A stretch of 64,000 nucleotides of DNA, taken from NCBI GenBank assembly GCA_965223415.1, contig OZ245002.1, positions 4,128,001-4,192,000 of the forward strand. The letters run 5' to 3'. The position numbers and the translations under genes were made by a program. A model generated the notes under the pieces. That model made no database searches. It was not told the origin of the DNA and saw only the letters and a program-made list of their open reading frames with translations. The stretch comes from Myxococcota bacterium. Lineage in GTDB: Bacteria; Myxococcota_A; UBA9160; UBA6930. This document shows positions 20,260 through 29,903 of the stretch, piece by piece. Numbering within the stretch: position 1 is the first letter of the stretch; each line of letters opens with the position of its first letter.

Positions 20260-20928
20260 TCACCGGCGGAGGTCCACGCCGAGGTCCTCCCACATGCGGG
20301 CGTAGTCGTTGTCGACGGGGTCCGGGATCTCGTACAGCCACCCGCCGAGCGCCATCACACCGACCACCAGCACCGTGCCGGCGACACCGATCGGGAGCCA
20401 GAAGCCCGCACCGTGTCGAACGCGCTCCGGCAGCGGGCGGCCGAAGACCGACGCCGCGATCCCGAGGCCGTTCGCCAGGTGGTAGAGGCCGCACAGGGCG
20501 AACAGCGTGTAGTAGGGGTAGAAGAGCGCCGGGACCCACCAGAGCGAGAAGGAGAGCCCGGCGAAGCCCGGGTGGAAGCCCAGCAGGAAGGACGGCGAGC
20601 GCGTGGCCAATACGTGGCCTCCGATGACCAGGAGCAGGTAGTAGCCGGTGAGGCGGTGGAGGCGGCTGCGCCAGGAGCGCGTCGTGCGCCGAAAGCCGCT
20701 GCGGCGCAGCCTCGCCAGGGCGGCGCCCGCGTGGACGAGGAGGGGGAGGACGACCAGCGCCGCCTCGACCAGCGGCTGCTGGTAGACTGCGCGAGCGCGC
20801 GCCTGGAAGCCGTCGTAGGCCTCGGCGCTCACGCCGGCGAAGGCGAGATTCACCAGGTGGACCGCGACGAACACGGCGAAGGCGAGCCCGGAGGCCGCCT
20901 GGATCCGCAGCAGGTTTCGGTCGGACAC
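20260..20928 (-). CDS. Integral membrane protein with His residues in TM helices (cytochrome b-like / DUF)
   Basis: GTG 20928 with upstream GGAGGAG; about five TM helices; QAASG..F..FVAVHLVN, LHRLTG, YHLANG. Confidence 0.6.
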   Translation of the reverse strand: MSDRNLLRIQAASGLAFAVFVAVHLVNLAFAGVSAEAYDGFQARARAVYQQPLVEAALVVLPLLVHAGAALARLRRSGFRRTTRSWRSRLHRLTGYYLLLVIGGHVLATRSPSFLLGFHPGFAGLSFSLWWVPALFYPYYTLFALCGLYHLANGLGIAASVFGRPLPERVRHGAGFWLPIGVAGTVLVVGVMALGGWLYEIPDPVDNDYARMWEDLGVDLRR

Positions 20929-20963
20929 GGTTCGACTCCTCCCCGGAAGCCCAGGGGAGGCGA

Positions 20964-20997
20964 GGCGGCGAGAGGTTCCCGGGAACCTCTCGCCGCC
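20964..20997. promoter_or_regulatory. Perfect 34-bp palindrome giving back-to-back GGAACC (ECF -35-like) elements
   Basis: GGCGGCGAGAGGTTCCC|GGGAACCTCTCGCCGCC between the divergent membrane-protein and ECF sigma genes. Confidence 0.6.
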
Positions 20998-21015
20998 CCG
21001 GTGCCCCTCCGGACC

Positions 21016-21504
21016 GTGGAAGACGAGCGTTCCGTTCGCGCCGCGCAGGAGGGCGACCCGATGGCCATGTCCCGGTTGCTGGACGGGCTGGCGCCGTACG
21101 TCGGCCGGATCTGCGGCGCCATCGCCCTGGACGACGGGCCCGACGCCGCCCAGGACACCCTGCTCCAGGTGTTCCGGGATCTGCCGGGCCTGCGGGACCG
21201 GTCGGCCCTGCGCCCCTGGGTGCGACGCATCGCGGTGCGCGAGGCGGTCCGCCACGCCCGCAGGGCCTTCCGCGAGCCCCCGACCCAGATCGATCTCCCG
21301 ACGGCTCCGGCGGCGGAGACCGCCGGCGACGTGCGCCGGGTGCTGGCGGGCCTCGCGCCGGACCAGCGGGCGATCCTGCTGCTGCGCGATCTGGAGGGGT
21401 ACTCCGAGGAGGAGGCGGCCCGGGAGCTCCGGGTGGCGCGGGGCACGGTGAAATCCCGCCTCCACCGGGCGCGGGGCGCCTTCGCCCGACGGTGGTCGTC
21501 GTGA
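21016..21504 (+). CDS. ECF sigma factor (sigma-70 family)
   Basis: AAQEGD, DAAQDT, WVRRIA, LLLRDLEGYSEEEAA...GTVKSRLHRAR. Confidence 0.9.
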   Translation: MEDERSVRAAQEGDPMAMSRLLDGLAPYVGRICGAIALDDGPDAAQDTLLQVFRDLPGLRDRSALRPWVRRIAVREAVRHARRAFREPPTQIDLPTAPAAETAGDVRRVLAGLAPDQRAILLLRDLEGYSEEEAARELRVARGTVKSRLHRARGAFARRWSS

Positions 21505-21953
21505 GCGCCTGGCCGACCGCCGAGCTCGACGCCGTCGTGCGGCTCCGCGTCCTTGCCGCCGGCCTCCCGCAGGTGGCGCTCGAGGAGCGGGTCGTCGCGG
21601 TCGGGTTCGCCCGGGTATGGGCGCTGCTGGGCGATCTCGAGCGGGGTGCGCCCCGCTTCGAGACGGGCATCGAGGAGGTTCGGGTCCTCGAGCGGGAGGG
21701 CGACCGGCTCCGGGTGAAGGCCCGTGGGTCCCGGGGGCCGGCCGTGGAGCTCGCGGCGGAGCTCCGAACGGGTTGGTGTCTCATGTCTTCTGCTTCCGTG
21801 GTGATCGGGATGGCCGCGGCGCCCGAGGGCTCGGGCACCCGCATCGCGCACTTCGAGGGGATGCCCGGCCTGGTCGGCCGGCTGGCCCGGCCGCTCTTCC
21901 GCTGGAAGGTCCGCCGGGAGCTGGCCCACGTCGCCCGTCTGCTCGAAGGCTGA
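21501..21953 (+). CDS. SRPBCC/polyketide cyclase-like protein
   Basis: ERVV...FARVWALLGDLE pattern; coupled to the sigma gene by a GTGA overlap. Confidence 0.55.
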   Translation: MSAWPTAELDAVVRLRVLAAGLPQVALEERVVAVGFARVWALLGDLERGAPRFETGIEEVRVLEREGDRLRVKARGSRGPAVELAAELRTGWCLMSSASVVIGMAAAPEGSGTRIAHFEGMPGLVGRLARPLFRWKVRRELAHVARLLEG

Positions 21954-21986
21954 CCGCGGTACCCTCGGCCCGCGAAGGAGAACGCC

Positions 21987-23591
21987 ATGGCGAACGCCGC
22001 TCGGCGTAGCATCTGGGCCTGGGGCCTCGAGTCCGACGAGCCGAGCCAGGAAGAGCGGATCGGGTTCGCCAGGAGCCTGTCCGAGGAATGGGGGACGGAC
22101 CTGGCCGTGCCCGAGGCCATGCCCCTCTCGGCGATCGAGCTGCGGTCGCCGCGGGCCCAGCCCGGGGACGCGCTGGCGTCCTTCTGCACGACGGATCCCC
22201 ACGAGCGGGCGTTCCACACCTACGGCAGCGCCTTCCTGGAGCGGCTCTGGGCGTTCCGCGGCGAGTTCCCGCACCCGCCCGACTTCGTGGCGCACCCGCG
22301 TGACGAGGACGAGCTCGAGCGGGTGCTCGCCGTCTGCCACGACCGGGGCTGGCGGGTGGTGCCCTGGGGCGGCGGCTCCTCGGTGGTCTACGGCCTCTCG
22401 GTGCCGGAGGACGACGTCCCCTGCGTGACCGTCGACCTCGACCGCCTGGATCGAGTGCTCGAGATCGACGAGACCTCCCGGGCGGCGCGCATCCAGGCCG
22501 GCGTGCTCGGTCCGGCCCTCGAAGACCAGCTGCGCCCGAGCGGCCACACCCTGCGCCACTTTCCCCAGAGCTTCGAATGGTCGACGCTCGGCGGCTGGAT
22601 CGCCACCCGTTCCGGCGGGCACTACGCGACGAACCACACCCACATCGACGACTTCGTCGAGTCGGTCCGCATGCTGACGCCGTCGGGCTGGTGGGAATCG
22701 CGGCGGCTGCCCGGCAGCGGCGCCGGACCGAGTCCGGACCGGCTGGCGATCGGCTCCGAGGGGATCCTCGGCGTGATCACCGAGGCGTGGATGCGTATCC
22801 AACGCCGCCCGCGCTACCGGGCCACCGCCGGCGTGCGCTTCGACTCCTGGCAGGCGGGCGCCGAGGCGGCCCGGCACGTCGCCCAGGCCAAGCTGTGGCC
22901 GGCGAACCTGCGGCTCCTCGACCCGCGAGAGGCGAGGAATGCCGGGCTCGACGGCCGCCAGGCGCTGCTGATCGTCGGCTTCGAGTCCGCCGAGCTGCCC
23001 CAGGGCGGCAGCATCGCCCAGGCCGTCGAGATCGCCCGGGCGTGTGGAGGGCAGATCGGCGACGACGAGATCCGCGTTTCCGACGCCAGCGAGAAGGCCA
23101 CTGGCCGGGAAGGCGCGGTGGGTGCTTGGCGCAGCGCCTTCATCGGCGTCGGCAAGGGGCTGAACCTGATCACCGGCCTCGGGCTGATCGCCGACACCTT
23201 CGAGACCTCCATCACCTGGGACCGCTGGCCCGCCTTCGACCAGGAGGTGCGCGCCTCGGTGGAGAAGGCCCTGGCAGAGGTGGCCGGCGGCGGTGCGCTC
23301 TCCTGCCGCTTCACCCATGTGTACCCGGACGGCCCGGCGCCCTACTACACGTTCTCCACCCGCGGCCGCCAGGGGGCCGAGGTGGAGCAGTGGCAGGCGA
23401 TCAAGGCCGCCGCCACCGACGCCGTGATCCGCGCCGGAGGCACCAGCACCCACCACCACGCGGTGGGCCGCATGCACCGCGACGGATACGACCGCCAGCG
23501 CCCCGAGCTCTTCGCCCGCGCCCTCCGCGCCGCCAAACGCGACCTCGACCCCCGGGGAATCCTCAACCCCGGCGTCCTCATCGACCCCTGA
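21987..23591 (+). CDS. FAD-linked oxidase, alkyl-dihydroxyacetone-phosphate synthase-like
   Basis: PWGGGSSV, HFPQSFEWSTLGGW, GSEGILGVIT, HHHAVG, DPRGILNPG. Confidence 0.85.
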   Translation: MANAARRSIWAWGLESDEPSQEERIGFARSLSEEWGTDLAVPEAMPLSAIELRSPRAQPGDALASFCTTDPHERAFHTYGSAFLERLWAFRGEFPHPPDFVAHPRDEDELERVLAVCHDRGWRVVPWGGGSSVVYGLSVPEDDVPCVTVDLDRLDRVLEIDETSRAARIQAGVLGPALEDQLRPSGHTLRHFPQSFEWSTLGGWIATRSGGHYATNHTHIDDFVESVRMLTPSGWWESRRLPGSGAGPSPDRLAIGSEGILGVITEAWMRIQRRPRYRATAGVRFDSWQAGAEAARHVAQAKLWPANLRLLDPREARNAGLDGRQALLIVGFESAELPQGGSIAQAVEIARACGGQIGDDEIRVSDASEKATGREGAVGAWRSAFIGVGKGLNLITGLGLIADTFETSITWDRWPAFDQEVRASVEKALAEVAGGGALSCRFTHVYPDGPAPYYTFSTRGRQGAEVEQWQAIKAAATDAVIRAGGTSTHHHAVGRMHRDGYDRQRPELFARALRAAKRDLDPRGILNPGVLIDP

Positions 23592-23676
23592 TCAAGAAAC
23601 GGGGCCGGAGTTAAGAATTCAGTTGCCCCCCTTCGGGGGGCAACTGAATTCTTAACTCCGGCCCCGTTTCTTGATC
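23590..23676. repeat. Perfect 42-bp-arm hairpin, REP-like family B
   Basis: GATCAAGAAACGGGGCCGGAGTTAAGAATTCAGTTGCCCCCC-ttc-exact reverse complement. Confidence 0.85.
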
Positions 23677-23702
23677 GCCGATAACGGGTTGTGGCTCGTC
23701 GA

Positions 23703-24971
23703 ATGCGGATTCTCCTGCTCGTGTCCCTGGCCTGCCTGCTGCTCTCGGCGGACCTGCACGTCTGGGTCGACGGGGAGGGGCGGACCCACGTCACGGACGA
23801 TCCCTCCCGGGTGCCCTCGGGGGCCGAGCGGGCGGCGGACGTGGGGGCGGTACGCGGCCTGTGGAACGGCGATCGCCTGGGCGAGCCGCTCTGGACGCCG
23901 CCCGGCTGGAGTGGGCGTCTCGAGGACCGACAGATCCGGGTCCTGCGCGACGCGGTGGCCGATCTGGGCCGCGGCGAGGCCGGTCGGGCCAGCTCGGCCC
24001 TGCGGGCGATCCTGCGCGACGAGCCGAACCGCCCGGAGCCCCACTTCTACCTGGCCCTGATCGAGGGCCGCAGGGGCCACCTGGAGCAGGCCGAGAGCCA
24101 CCTCCGCACCTTCCTCTCGGTGGCCGGCGAGCGCTTCGACCCCTGGCGCGCCTCCGCCGAGCAGCGCCTCGCGCGCCTCGACGACGAGCGCCGGCTCATG
24201 GACCAGCCCCGCGCCGGGCCCCTACGCCTCGTCGACCTGGAGCATGACGCCTTCCGGATCCAGGCCGACGCGGCGCTCCTGGCCACGGGCGAGGTCACCT
24301 TCGCCCGCACCGTGGCCCGCTACCTGGACGACGCCCGCAGCCTGGTGGGTAGCCGGGTCGGAGCCTTCCCGGCCGAGCCCACCGGCGTCGTGCTCTACGG
24401 CAAGGCGGCCTACGTGAAGGCCCACGCCCACCGCTTCAGCTTCCAGACCGTCGGCTTCTTCGACGGCCGCATCCACGTCGTCTCGAAGGCGCACCCGGCC
24501 GGCGAGCTGCGGACGCTCCTGGTCCACGAGTACACCCACGCGCTGTTCCGCGAGCAGACCGGCGGCGATCGTCCGTTCTGGCTGAACGAGGGGCTGGCCG
24601 AGATCTACGAGCGCGCCTCCCAGCGGCGCGCGTCGCTGTCCCGCAGCGAACGATCCCGGCTGCGCACCGCGATCGAGGCCGGCAGCTGGATCCGGCTCGA
24701 GCGCCTGGCACCGAGCTTCGCCGGCCTCGACAACCGCGAGGCCCGCCTCGCCTACACCATCGCCACCGCCGCCGCCGACTGGATCGAGCGCCACAGCACC
24801 CCCGCCGCCCGGGCCGAGCTGCTGCGCCGCATCGGCGAGGGCTGGCGCACCGATGACGCCCTGCGCGAGGCAGTGGGCACCACCACGACCGGCCTGGAGA
24901 AGGCGCTCAAGGACGAGCTGCGCGGCGCTCTCGCCGGCGTCCGGCCGCCGCCGGCGGCGAAGGGCCCGTAG
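23703..24971 (+). CDS. Secreted zinc metallopeptidase (peptidase MA-like) with DUF4124-like and TPR regions
   Basis: WVDGEGRTHVTD, TPR-like helices, LVHEYTH and PFWLNEGLAE. Confidence 0.8.
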   Translation: MRILLLVSLACLLLSADLHVWVDGEGRTHVTDDPSRVPSGAERAADVGAVRGLWNGDRLGEPLWTPPGWSGRLEDRQIRVLRDAVADLGRGEAGRASSALRAILRDEPNRPEPHFYLALIEGRRGHLEQAESHLRTFLSVAGERFDPWRASAEQRLARLDDERRLMDQPRAGPLRLVDLEHDAFRIQADAALLATGEVTFARTVARYLDDARSLVGSRVGAFPAEPTGVVLYGKAAYVKAHAHRFSFQTVGFFDGRIHVVSKAHPAGELRTLLVHEYTHALFREQTGGDRPFWLNEGLAEIYERASQRRASLSRSERSRLRTAIEAGSWIRLERLAPSFAGLDNREARLAYTIATAAADWIERHSTPAARAELLRRIGEGWRTDDALREAVGTTTTGLEKALKDELRGALAGVRPPPAAKGP

Positions 24972-24980
24972 ACTCGGGGC

Positions 24981-25550
24981 GTGCGCAGGCCCGACCGTCC
25001 CCACCTCCTCGGCATCGACGACGGGCCCTTCGACAAGTTCCGCGACCCCCACGCCCCGCTGGTCGGCGTCGTGACCGAGGCCGGCGACCTCGTGGAAGGC
25101 GTCGCGGTCTCGCGCCTCGAGGTGGACGGCGACGACGTGACCCGGGTGCTCGCCGCCTGGATCGCCGGCCTGCGCTTCCGCCCCGGGCTCCACGGCGTGG
25201 TGCTGGGCGGCATCACCATTGCGGGCCTGTCGGTGGTGGACGTGCCCGCCCTCGCCGAGGCCACCGGCCTGCCGGTGATGGCCGTCGGGCGAAGGCCGCC
25301 GCGGGACGAGGCCCTGGTGGCCGCCCTCGAGACCGCCGGCCTCGCCGAGCGCGCCCGGATCGTCGCCCGCACCCCGGCGGCAAAGCCCGTGAGCGAAGGC
25401 CTCTACGCCGCCTGCGCGGGCCTGCCCGACGACGTCGCCGCCGCCTGGCTGCGCGCCGCCTGCCGCAAGAGCGCACTCCCCGAGCCCCTGCGTCTCGCCC
25501 ACCTGATCGCCGCGGCCATCGCGAACGGAAGCTCCCGGGGGCGGGTGTAG
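24981..25550 (+). CDS. DUF99 family (endonuclease V-like) protein
   Basis: LGIDDGPF, LGGITIAG, PEPLRLAHLIA. Confidence 0.8.
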   Translation: MRRPDRPHLLGIDDGPFDKFRDPHAPLVGVVTEAGDLVEGVAVSRLEVDGDDVTRVLAAWIAGLRFRPGLHGVVLGGITIAGLSVVDVPALAEATGLPVMAVGRRPPRDEALVAALETAGLAERARIVARTPAAKPVSEGLYAACAGLPDDVAAAWLRAACRKSALPEPLRLAHLIAAAIANGSSRGRV

Positions 25551-25560
25551 CGGACGGGCG

Positions 25561-26052
25561 CTAGCCCTCGGCGTCGGGCCGGTAGCGGGGCGTGGGGCTC
25601 ACCCGCACGGCGTCCCCGATCCGCCAGCCGGCCTGATCGGCCGTGCCCGCCGGAACCTCCAGCACCAGGTCGATGGGCTCGCGCGGCCGGTACCGGGGCA
25701 GCGGCGGATCCACCTCGTGGGGCACCCGCGCGTGGACGTCGACGATGCGCCCCGCGCGGATCCACACGATGTCGATGTCGAAGTGCATGTCCGGCATCCA
25801 GAAGAAGGGACGCTCCGGCGGCTCGTAGGGAAACAGCATGCCGCGGCCGGCGGCGAGGGAAGGGCGACCGGACAGGCCCCGGCGCCGGCGAGCCGGCGTG
25901 TCCGCCACGTCGGCTTCGATGCGGTGGATGCCGATCTCTACCGTGGCCGTTGCCGTAGGCGTCGGCGCCGCGGCGACCGGTACGGCGTCGTCGCCGGCCT
26001 CGCAGGCGGTCGCGAGCACCATCAGGGCGAGAAGCGGCGCGTGGCTCCTCAT
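25561..26052 (-). CDS. DUF192 domain lipoprotein
   Basis: VADTPARRRRGL, GMLF, FWM.DM.FDIDIVWI, VLEVPAG; LATAC lipobox-like. Confidence 0.85.
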   Translation of the reverse strand: MRSHAPLLALMVLATACEAGDDAVPVAAAPTPTATATVEIGIHRIEADVADTPARRRRGLSGRPSLAAGRGMLFPYEPPERPFFWMPDMHFDIDIVWIRAGRIVDVHARVPHEVDPPLPRYRPREPIDLVLEVPAGTADQAGWRIGDAVRVSPTPRYRPDAEG

Positions 26053-26327
26053 CGGATCGTGAAGCCCACCAGGCCCTTCGGTGGCTCCGGCGTCACCTCC
26101 GCCGTGTCCACCTGCGCCCACCGGGGCCCCACCCGACAGAAGGCCAGCATCGCCTCCACCTGAGCCTCGCTCCCCTCGACCACCGCCTCGACGCTCCCGT
26201 CTTCCCGGTTGCGCACCCAGCCCCGGGCGCCGACCCGCTCCGCCTCGTCCCGGGTGCACGTGCGGAACGCCACGCCCTGCACCCGGCCGTGGACGCGGAT
26301 CCGCCTTCGCTGCTGGGCCTCGCTCAT
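26049..26327 (-). CDS. acyP: Acylphosphatase
   Basis: VHGRVQGVAFR, GWVRNREDGSVE. Confidence 0.9.
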   Translation of the reverse strand: MSEAQQRRRIRVHGRVQGVAFRTCTRDEAERVGARGWVRNREDGSVEAVVEGSEAQVEAMLAFCRVGPRWAQVDTAEVTPEPPKGLVGFTIR

Positions 26328-26439
26328 GGGCGCTCTAGAATGGCGGACCCCGCGTCTCGGCGGAAGCGCAGGAAGGCTCGGAAGCAAGTCTCAGGTTATC
26401 TCTCCAAATGAAGCTCAACTCATGGAATCTGAAAGGGAA

Positions 26440-26763
26440 ATGCCCCGCATCCTCTCCCAGCGCGCTGCCCGCACCCTGACCAACGTGGCCGACGCCCTCG
26501 GGCTGGAGGAGCCGGCCCGGCTGGTCGCCCTGGCTCCGGCGGCCGAGGCCTGGCTGCGCCACCGCGGAGTGAGAGCGGTTCGGCGGGCCTGGCTGGCGCT
26601 CGCCTGGATCGAGTGGCGCCCGTTGTTGCGCATCCCGCCCGGCCGGCCCTTCTCGCGCCTGCCGCGGGCCGAGCGCCGCGCCCTCTTGGAGCAGCGCCTT
26701 CCGGGCGTCGTCCGGGGCATGATCGACGCCAGCGCGAAGCCCTACTCCTCGCCGGGTGCGTAG
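26440..26763 (+). CDS. Hypothetical protein
   Basis: ATG after an AAAGGG RBS-like sequence; fills the gap between acyP and the sigma gene; no motif recognised with certainty. Confidence 0.4.
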   Translation: MPRILSQRAARTLTNVADALGLEEPARLVALAPAAEAWLRHRGVRAVRRAWLALAWIEWRPLLRIPPGRPFSRLPRAERRALLEQRLPGVVRGMIDASAKPYSSPGA

Positions 26764-27725
26764 TACTCGAAGTCGACGACGTTCTCGCGCAGGTACTCCC
26801 GGAGCCGGTCGACCAGCCCCTTCTCGAGCTGCCGCACCCGCTCCCGGGTGAGGCCGAGCTCGTCGCCGATCTCTTGCAGGGTGCGGGGATCGGACGCCAG
26901 CACCCGCTCGCTCATGATGAGGTGCTCCCGCTCGTCCAGCTCCTCCGAGAACTTCTCGACGTGCTCGAGGAAGGTGCGACGCAGGTCCTGCATCGCCATC
27001 TGGTCCTCGGCGTCCTCCCCGGCGCCGGCTGCCAGGAAGTCGCCGAAGCGGGCGCCGTCCTCCTCTTCGCCGCTCACCGGCGCGTCCAGGGACAGATCGC
27101 CCTGGGACAGACGCTGCTCCATCTCGATGACGTCCTGCTCGGACACCTCGAGCCGCTCGGCCAAGAGCTTGGGGCCGACCTCGAAGCCCTGGCGCTCGAG
27201 CTCGCGCTTCTCCCGGCCGAGCCGGAAGAAGAGCTTGCGCTGGGCCCGGCTCGAGCCCACGCGCACGAGCCGGATGTTGTCGATCAGGTACTTCAGGATG
27301 AAGGCGCGGATCCAGTACGCGGCGTAGGTGGCGAGCTTCGTGCCCGCCATCGGGTCGAAGCGCTCGACCGCCTGCACCAAGCCGACGTTGCCCTCCTGGA
27401 TCAGGTCGAGGGTGTTCGTCCAGGCGCGCCGGTACTCCATGGCGATCTTCACGACCAGCCGGAGGTTCGAGAGCACCAACCGTCGCCCCGCCTCCGCGTC
27501 GCCGTGCTCCCGCCAGCGGACGGCCAGCTCGTGCTCCTCTTCCCGGGAGATCGGCGGGTACTGGCGCAGCTCCGCCATGTAGCGGGTGAGGGCGTCGACC
27601 CGCTCGACGCCCCGCTCGGCGGTCGCGGGGACGCGCTCCTTCGAAGGCTCGGCCGGAACCGGCAGCGTGGGATCGCGATCGTCCGCGGGGGGCATCGGCT
27701 GGCAGGCTAGCTCGGGGGCCTTCAC
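26742..27725 (-). CDS. RNA polymerase sigma factor, sigma-32/RpoH-like
   Basis: LSNLRLVVKIA, DLIQEGNVGL, YAAYWIRA, QRKLFFRL (RpoH-box-like), LTRERVRQLE; true start may be near 27695. Confidence 0.9.
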   Translation of the reverse strand: MKAPELACQPMPPADDRDPTLPVPAEPSKERVPATAERGVERVDALTRYMAELRQYPPISREEEHELAVRWREHGDAEAGRRLVLSNLRLVVKIAMEYRRAWTNTLDLIQEGNVGLVQAVERFDPMAGTKLATYAAYWIRAFILKYLIDNIRLVRVGSSRAQRKLFFRLGREKRELERQGFEVGPKLLAERLEVSEQDVIEMEQRLSQGDLSLDAPVSGEEEDGARFGDFLAAGAGEDAEDQMAMQDLRRTFLEHVEKFSEELDEREHLIMSERVLASDPRTLQEIGDELGLTRERVRQLEKGLVDRLREYLRENVVDFEYYAPGEE

Positions 27726-27741
27726 GGGGCCCGGAAACGAG

Positions 27742-27773
27742 AAGGGCGGGGTCGTTCGATCGGCCCCGCCCTT
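27742..27773. terminator. Hairpin downstream of the cytochrome c gene (possible intrinsic terminator)
   Basis: AAGGGCGGGGTCG / CGGCCCCGCCCTT stem with only weak T-tracts. Confidence 0.5.
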
Positions 27774-27792
27774 TCAAATCGACGACTTGCGT

Positions 27793-28161
27793 CTATTCCT
27801 TCAGGGTCTTGATGAACGCGACGACGTTGTCCAGGTCGGCGTCGGCCAGGTGGCCCCAGGGCGCCATCACCGGGTTGCCGCCGTAGGCGGCCGCGCCGTT
27901 CTGGATCACCAGCTTGAGATCGTTGTCCTCGCCGGGCGTGCCGTTCTTGTCCGCGTCGAACTTGAATTCGCCCACCGAGAAGTCCCGGGGCGGGGGCTGC
28001 AGGGCCACGCCCGCCGGCCCGTCGCCCTTGCCGGTGGGACCGTGGCAGGTGGTGCACAGCATGTCGTAGGTGGCCTTGCCGGCGGCGGCGTCGCCCGCGA
28101 AGCCGGGGGCAGCGAGGAGCAGGAGCGCGCCGCCGAGCAGCGCGAATTGGATTCGCTTCAT
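27793..28161 (-). CDS. Monoheme cytochrome c
   Basis: Signal peptide, CTTCHG, GDGPAG...P.PRDF, distal Met in MAPW. Confidence 0.9.
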   Translation of the reverse strand: MKRIQFALLGGALLLLAAPGFAGDAAAGKATYDMLCTTCHGPTGKGDGPAGVALQPPPRDFSVGEFKFDADKNGTPGEDNDLKLVIQNGAAAYGGNPVMAPWGHLADADLDNVVAFIKTLKE

Positions 28162-28244
28162 GTCGTCTCCGTTGGATCGAGAAGGACGGTCCGGATTTGG
28201 ACGCGGATCCTAGGCAGGGGATTCATTGGCGTCCAGAACGCCTC

Positions 28245-29801
28245 TCAGCCCAGCTTCACGTCCTTCCATGCGCCCAGGAGCTCGAGCAGCGCCCGCACGC
28301 CGAAGCCCGTGGCGCCCCGGGCCTGGGTGGGGCCACCCGCCTCGGTATCCGCCACCGAGGCGATGTCCAGGTGAGCCCAGGGCAGGTCCTCGGCGACGAA
28401 ATGGGACAGGAAGGCGCCGGCGGTGATGGTGCCCGCGTCGCGGCCTCCGGTCTGCCGGACGTCGGCGATCTTGCTCTTCATGTGGTCCCGGTGGGCGTCC
28501 CACAGCGGAAGCTGCCAGAAGCGCTCGCCGGTGGCCTCGCCGGCCCGCACGACGGCTTCGGCCAGTCGGTCGTGGTTGGCCACCACGGCCGCCGCCCACG
28601 AGCCCAGGGCGATGGCTGCCGCGCCGGTGAGCGTCGCCAGGTCGAGGATCGCCTGGGGCTCGTACTCGGTCTGGGCGAGGTGGAGGCAATCGGCCAGCAC
28701 GAGCCGGCCCTCGGCGTCGGTGTTCGTCACTTCGATCGTCTTGCCGGAGCCACTCGTCAGGATGTCGTCCACCCTGTAGGCGTGACCGCTCGGCATGTTC
28801 TCGACCGCGCCCACGATGCCCACCACGTGGAGCGGGATCTTGAGCAGCGCGACGGCCCGCATGGCACCGATCACGGCGGCCCCGCCGGACATGTCGTGCT
28901 TCATCTTCACCATGCTGGCGGCGGGCTTGAGGGAGAGGCCCCCGGAGTCGAAGCACACGCCCTTGCCGACGAGGCACACGGTGGGCCGCTTGCGGGCGGG
29001 CTTCTTCTTGCCCTTCGCGCGGGTGGGTGGGTTGTGCTCGAGCACGATTAGGCGAGGCTTGTTGTGGCTGCCCTGCGCCACGGCCAGCATCGCGCCCAGC
29101 TTGCGCTTGGCGAGCTCCGCCGGCTCCAGGATGCGCGCCTTGAGCCCCACCTCTTTCGCCATCTTCTCGGCCGCCTTTGCCAGCCCTGCCGGCGGCATCA
29201 CGTTGGGCGGCTCGTTCGAGAGATCGCGCGCCAGGTTCTGGGACTCGGCCAGCGCCACGCCTCGCTGCACGCCGGCGCGGGCACCGCGCAGATCGCCGGA
29301 CTTCTCGAGGTGGATCTCGAGCTTTCCGACCGGGCCCTTCCCGCCGTTCTCCCGCCCGCTCTTCTGGTAGCGGTCGAAGCGGTAGTGGCCGAGCACGGCG
29401 CCTTCGGCGAGGGCCTGGCACAGGGCCGGCGCGCGCAGGCGACGGGTCGCCGGGGCGAGGAGCGCCGCGGCCTGGGTCTTGTGTCGGCGCGCCGCCCCCG
29501 CGGCGCGGCCGGCGGCGTCTCGGGCGGCCCGCGCGTCCACGCCCGATTCGGCGCCGAGGCCGATCAGGAGGACGCGCGCGGCGCCGCCCGCGGCCGGGTA
29601 GAGCAGCAGCGTCTCGCCGCGCTTGCCACGGAAGTCGCCGCGGGCAAGGGCGCTCGCGATGGCTCCGCCCAGGCTCTTGTCGAGGGCGGCGACCCGTCCC
29701 GGCAGCCGCCAGCGCTCCGGATCCAGCTCGGTCATGGGAATGGCGAGCAGCTCCGGCTCGTTGGCCAGCGGGCTGCGGGTGGATGCGGTGACCTGCATCA
29801 C
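28245..29801 (-). CDS. pepA: Leucyl aminopeptidase (M17)
   Basis: VGKGVCFDSGG, MKHDMSG, NTDAEGRL, DLATLTGA, WAHLDIA. Confidence 0.95.
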   Translation of the reverse strand: MMQVTASTRSPLANEPELLAIPMTELDPERWRLPGRVAALDKSLGGAIASALARGDFRGKRGETLLLYPAAGGAARVLLIGLGAESGVDARAARDAAGRAAGAARRHKTQAAALLAPATRRLRAPALCQALAEGAVLGHYRFDRYQKSGRENGGKGPVGKLEIHLEKSGDLRGARAGVQRGVALAESQNLARDLSNEPPNVMPPAGLAKAAEKMAKEVGLKARILEPAELAKRKLGAMLAVAQGSHNKPRLIVLEHNPPTRAKGKKKPARKRPTVCLVGKGVCFDSGGLSLKPAASMVKMKHDMSGGAAVIGAMRAVALLKIPLHVVGIVGAVENMPSGHAYRVDDILTSGSGKTIEVTNTDAEGRLVLADCLHLAQTEYEPQAILDLATLTGAAAIALGSWAAAVVANHDRLAEAVVRAGEATGERFWQLPLWDAHRDHMKSKIADVRQTGGRDAGTITAGAFLSHFVAEDLPWAHLDIASVADTEAGGPTQARGATGFGVRALLELLGAWKDVKLG

Positions 29802-29903
29802 GTCTCCTCACGTTGATGCGCCATGGGCGCTTTCCTAGACTGCGTCGATTCGCCTCTCGCCGCAGCGATTGCCGCAACGATGGGAGAGGCAAACGGAAGG
29901 TGT

